From NCBI GenBank assembly GCA_000388065.2, contig KB932219.1: a stretch of 20,182 nt of DNA; one strand, given 5' to 3'. Shown piece after piece: positions 19,125-20,182 of this stretch; position 1 is the first letter of the stretch, and each line of letters opens with the position of its first letter. A program made the translations under genes and the position numbers. A model generated the notes under the pieces. That model was given only the letters and a program-made list of their open reading frames with translations. It had not been told where the DNA came from and made no database searches. Source of the stretch: Fonticula alba ATCC 38817. Lineage: Eukaryota > Protista > Nucleariida.

Positions 19125-19243
19125 TTATGGTTATGGGGTTATGGGGTCATGGGGTCATGGTTAGTCTCGCTGCCCACCCGGTGTCGTTGGCTATGTGGTT
19201 ATGTGGCTATGTGGTTGTGTGGTTATGTGGTGGTGTGGCTGTG
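19125..19243 (+). repeat. GGTTAT/GGGGTCAT/GTGGTT tract at the right edge of the satellite
   Basis: ttatggttatggggttatggggtcatggggtcatggttag...ctatgtggttatgtggctatgtggttgtgtggttatgtgg, read directly. Confidence 0.8.
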
Positions 19244-19877
19244 CCCCCGCGCGAAAGACACTCGCTCCCGGTGCTTCTTCACCCCGGTCCCCTGCTATGG
19301 CCGGGGCCCTTTCTCGCGGAGGCCTTCCCGTGTCAGACGTCCCCCCCCCCCCCCCTGGCCAGGCGAGAGTCAGCGTGGCAGTCCTCCCGACGCCGGAGAG
19401 GGCGCAGGGAGGGGAGGGGGGGGGGGCGGGTCAGCCCTGGTCGGCGTTCCCATGGCCCATTGGGTCGGTCCCCTCTCCCGGCGCGCCTGCTTCCGCCCCC
19501 GGGGGCCGAGGGCACACATGAGGGCGTGTTCTCTCCCTCTCTGCCACTGCCGCCGTGTCCCGGGACCGGGGGTAGGGGAGTGGTGGGGTGCCTCTGGCCA
19601 CGCGCGCATGTGTGAGCCATTTTTGGTCCTCCTCGTGGAGGGCGGGCGGGCGGGCGTGTGGGGGGGGGGGGGGGGGGGGGGTCGAAAGGGAGGGGGCTCT
19701 TCCATGCCTGCGCGGAGGCACTATGCAGCGCGAGTGATGGGATAGTGGTGGTGGGGGGAGGGCTCTGCCTGTGGCCGGGGAATATGCCTGGGGGCATTTT
19801 TTTTATCGCCCATGACTCGGGGGTGGCCCGCGTGCACGCGCGCACATAAGGGGCGGGGCCGGGTCCTGCCTCGGGGT

Positions 19878-19960
19878 CGCGCGCGCGCGCGCGCGCACCG
19901 CATCCACGCACACACACACATACATATATATAATATATGTATATACATATATATTTTATA
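19878..19960 (+). repeat. Compound microsatellite (CG)n-(CA)n-(TA)n
   Basis: A 19-bp alternating CG run (19878-19896), a CA run (~19909-19920) and a TA-rich run (~19921-19960). Confidence 0.9.
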
Positions 19961-20182
19961 CGCGATATGTGTGGTGTGCAGTGGCCCCCCCCCCCCCCCG
20001 GGGGGACATTCGGTGGGAGTCAGACCCCGATCGATGGACGGGCAGTATGCCTTGCTAGCGGGCTCATGCGGCTTCCGCCCCGGAAGAGCCTGCGGTCTGT
20101 CTGTGTGCCGCGAATAATTCCCCGGGCTATTTGCCCCGCGTGAAACACCGGTCGGCGGACTGGAGCGGTGTCCCCCCCCCCC

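Noticed and set aside
12490-19164. Long ORFs (up to 763 aa) rich in Arg/Pro/Cys/Val over the satellite
   Set aside because: The repeat rarely contains stop codons. The 32-bp period gives similar repeats in all three frames, and the ORFs run through N gaps. No protein family is recognisable.

Overview
This is GC-rich eukaryotic scaffold sequence with five N gaps and no intact protein-coding gene that I can support. The main features are: (1) a near full-length but decayed Ty3/Gypsy LTR retrotransposon on the minus strand at ~5005-10824, with two ~93%-identical LTRs, a PBS, a PPT and frameshifted gag and PR-RT-RNaseH-IN. (2) Minus-strand fragments of a Sir2-family (class I-like) sirtuin: an N-terminal GAGxS/GIPxFR piece at ~4370-4700, a C-terminal GTSL piece at ~725-1000, and a possible catalytic HG/Cys piece at ~11600-11765 that is out of collinear order. 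(3) A second LTR-like direct-repeat family in 3-4 copies at 1.1-4.2 kb with a conserved hairpin, plus a remnant of a second integrase. (4) Telomere-like GGTTAT/GGGTTA tracts that recur at module junctions. (5) A 17-bp palindromic minisatellite followed by a ~6.6 kb CpG-rich satellite built from 15+17-bp subunits. The long ORFs over the satellite are spurious. All motif calls and identities are by eye, with no database search. The organism cannot be identified from this window.
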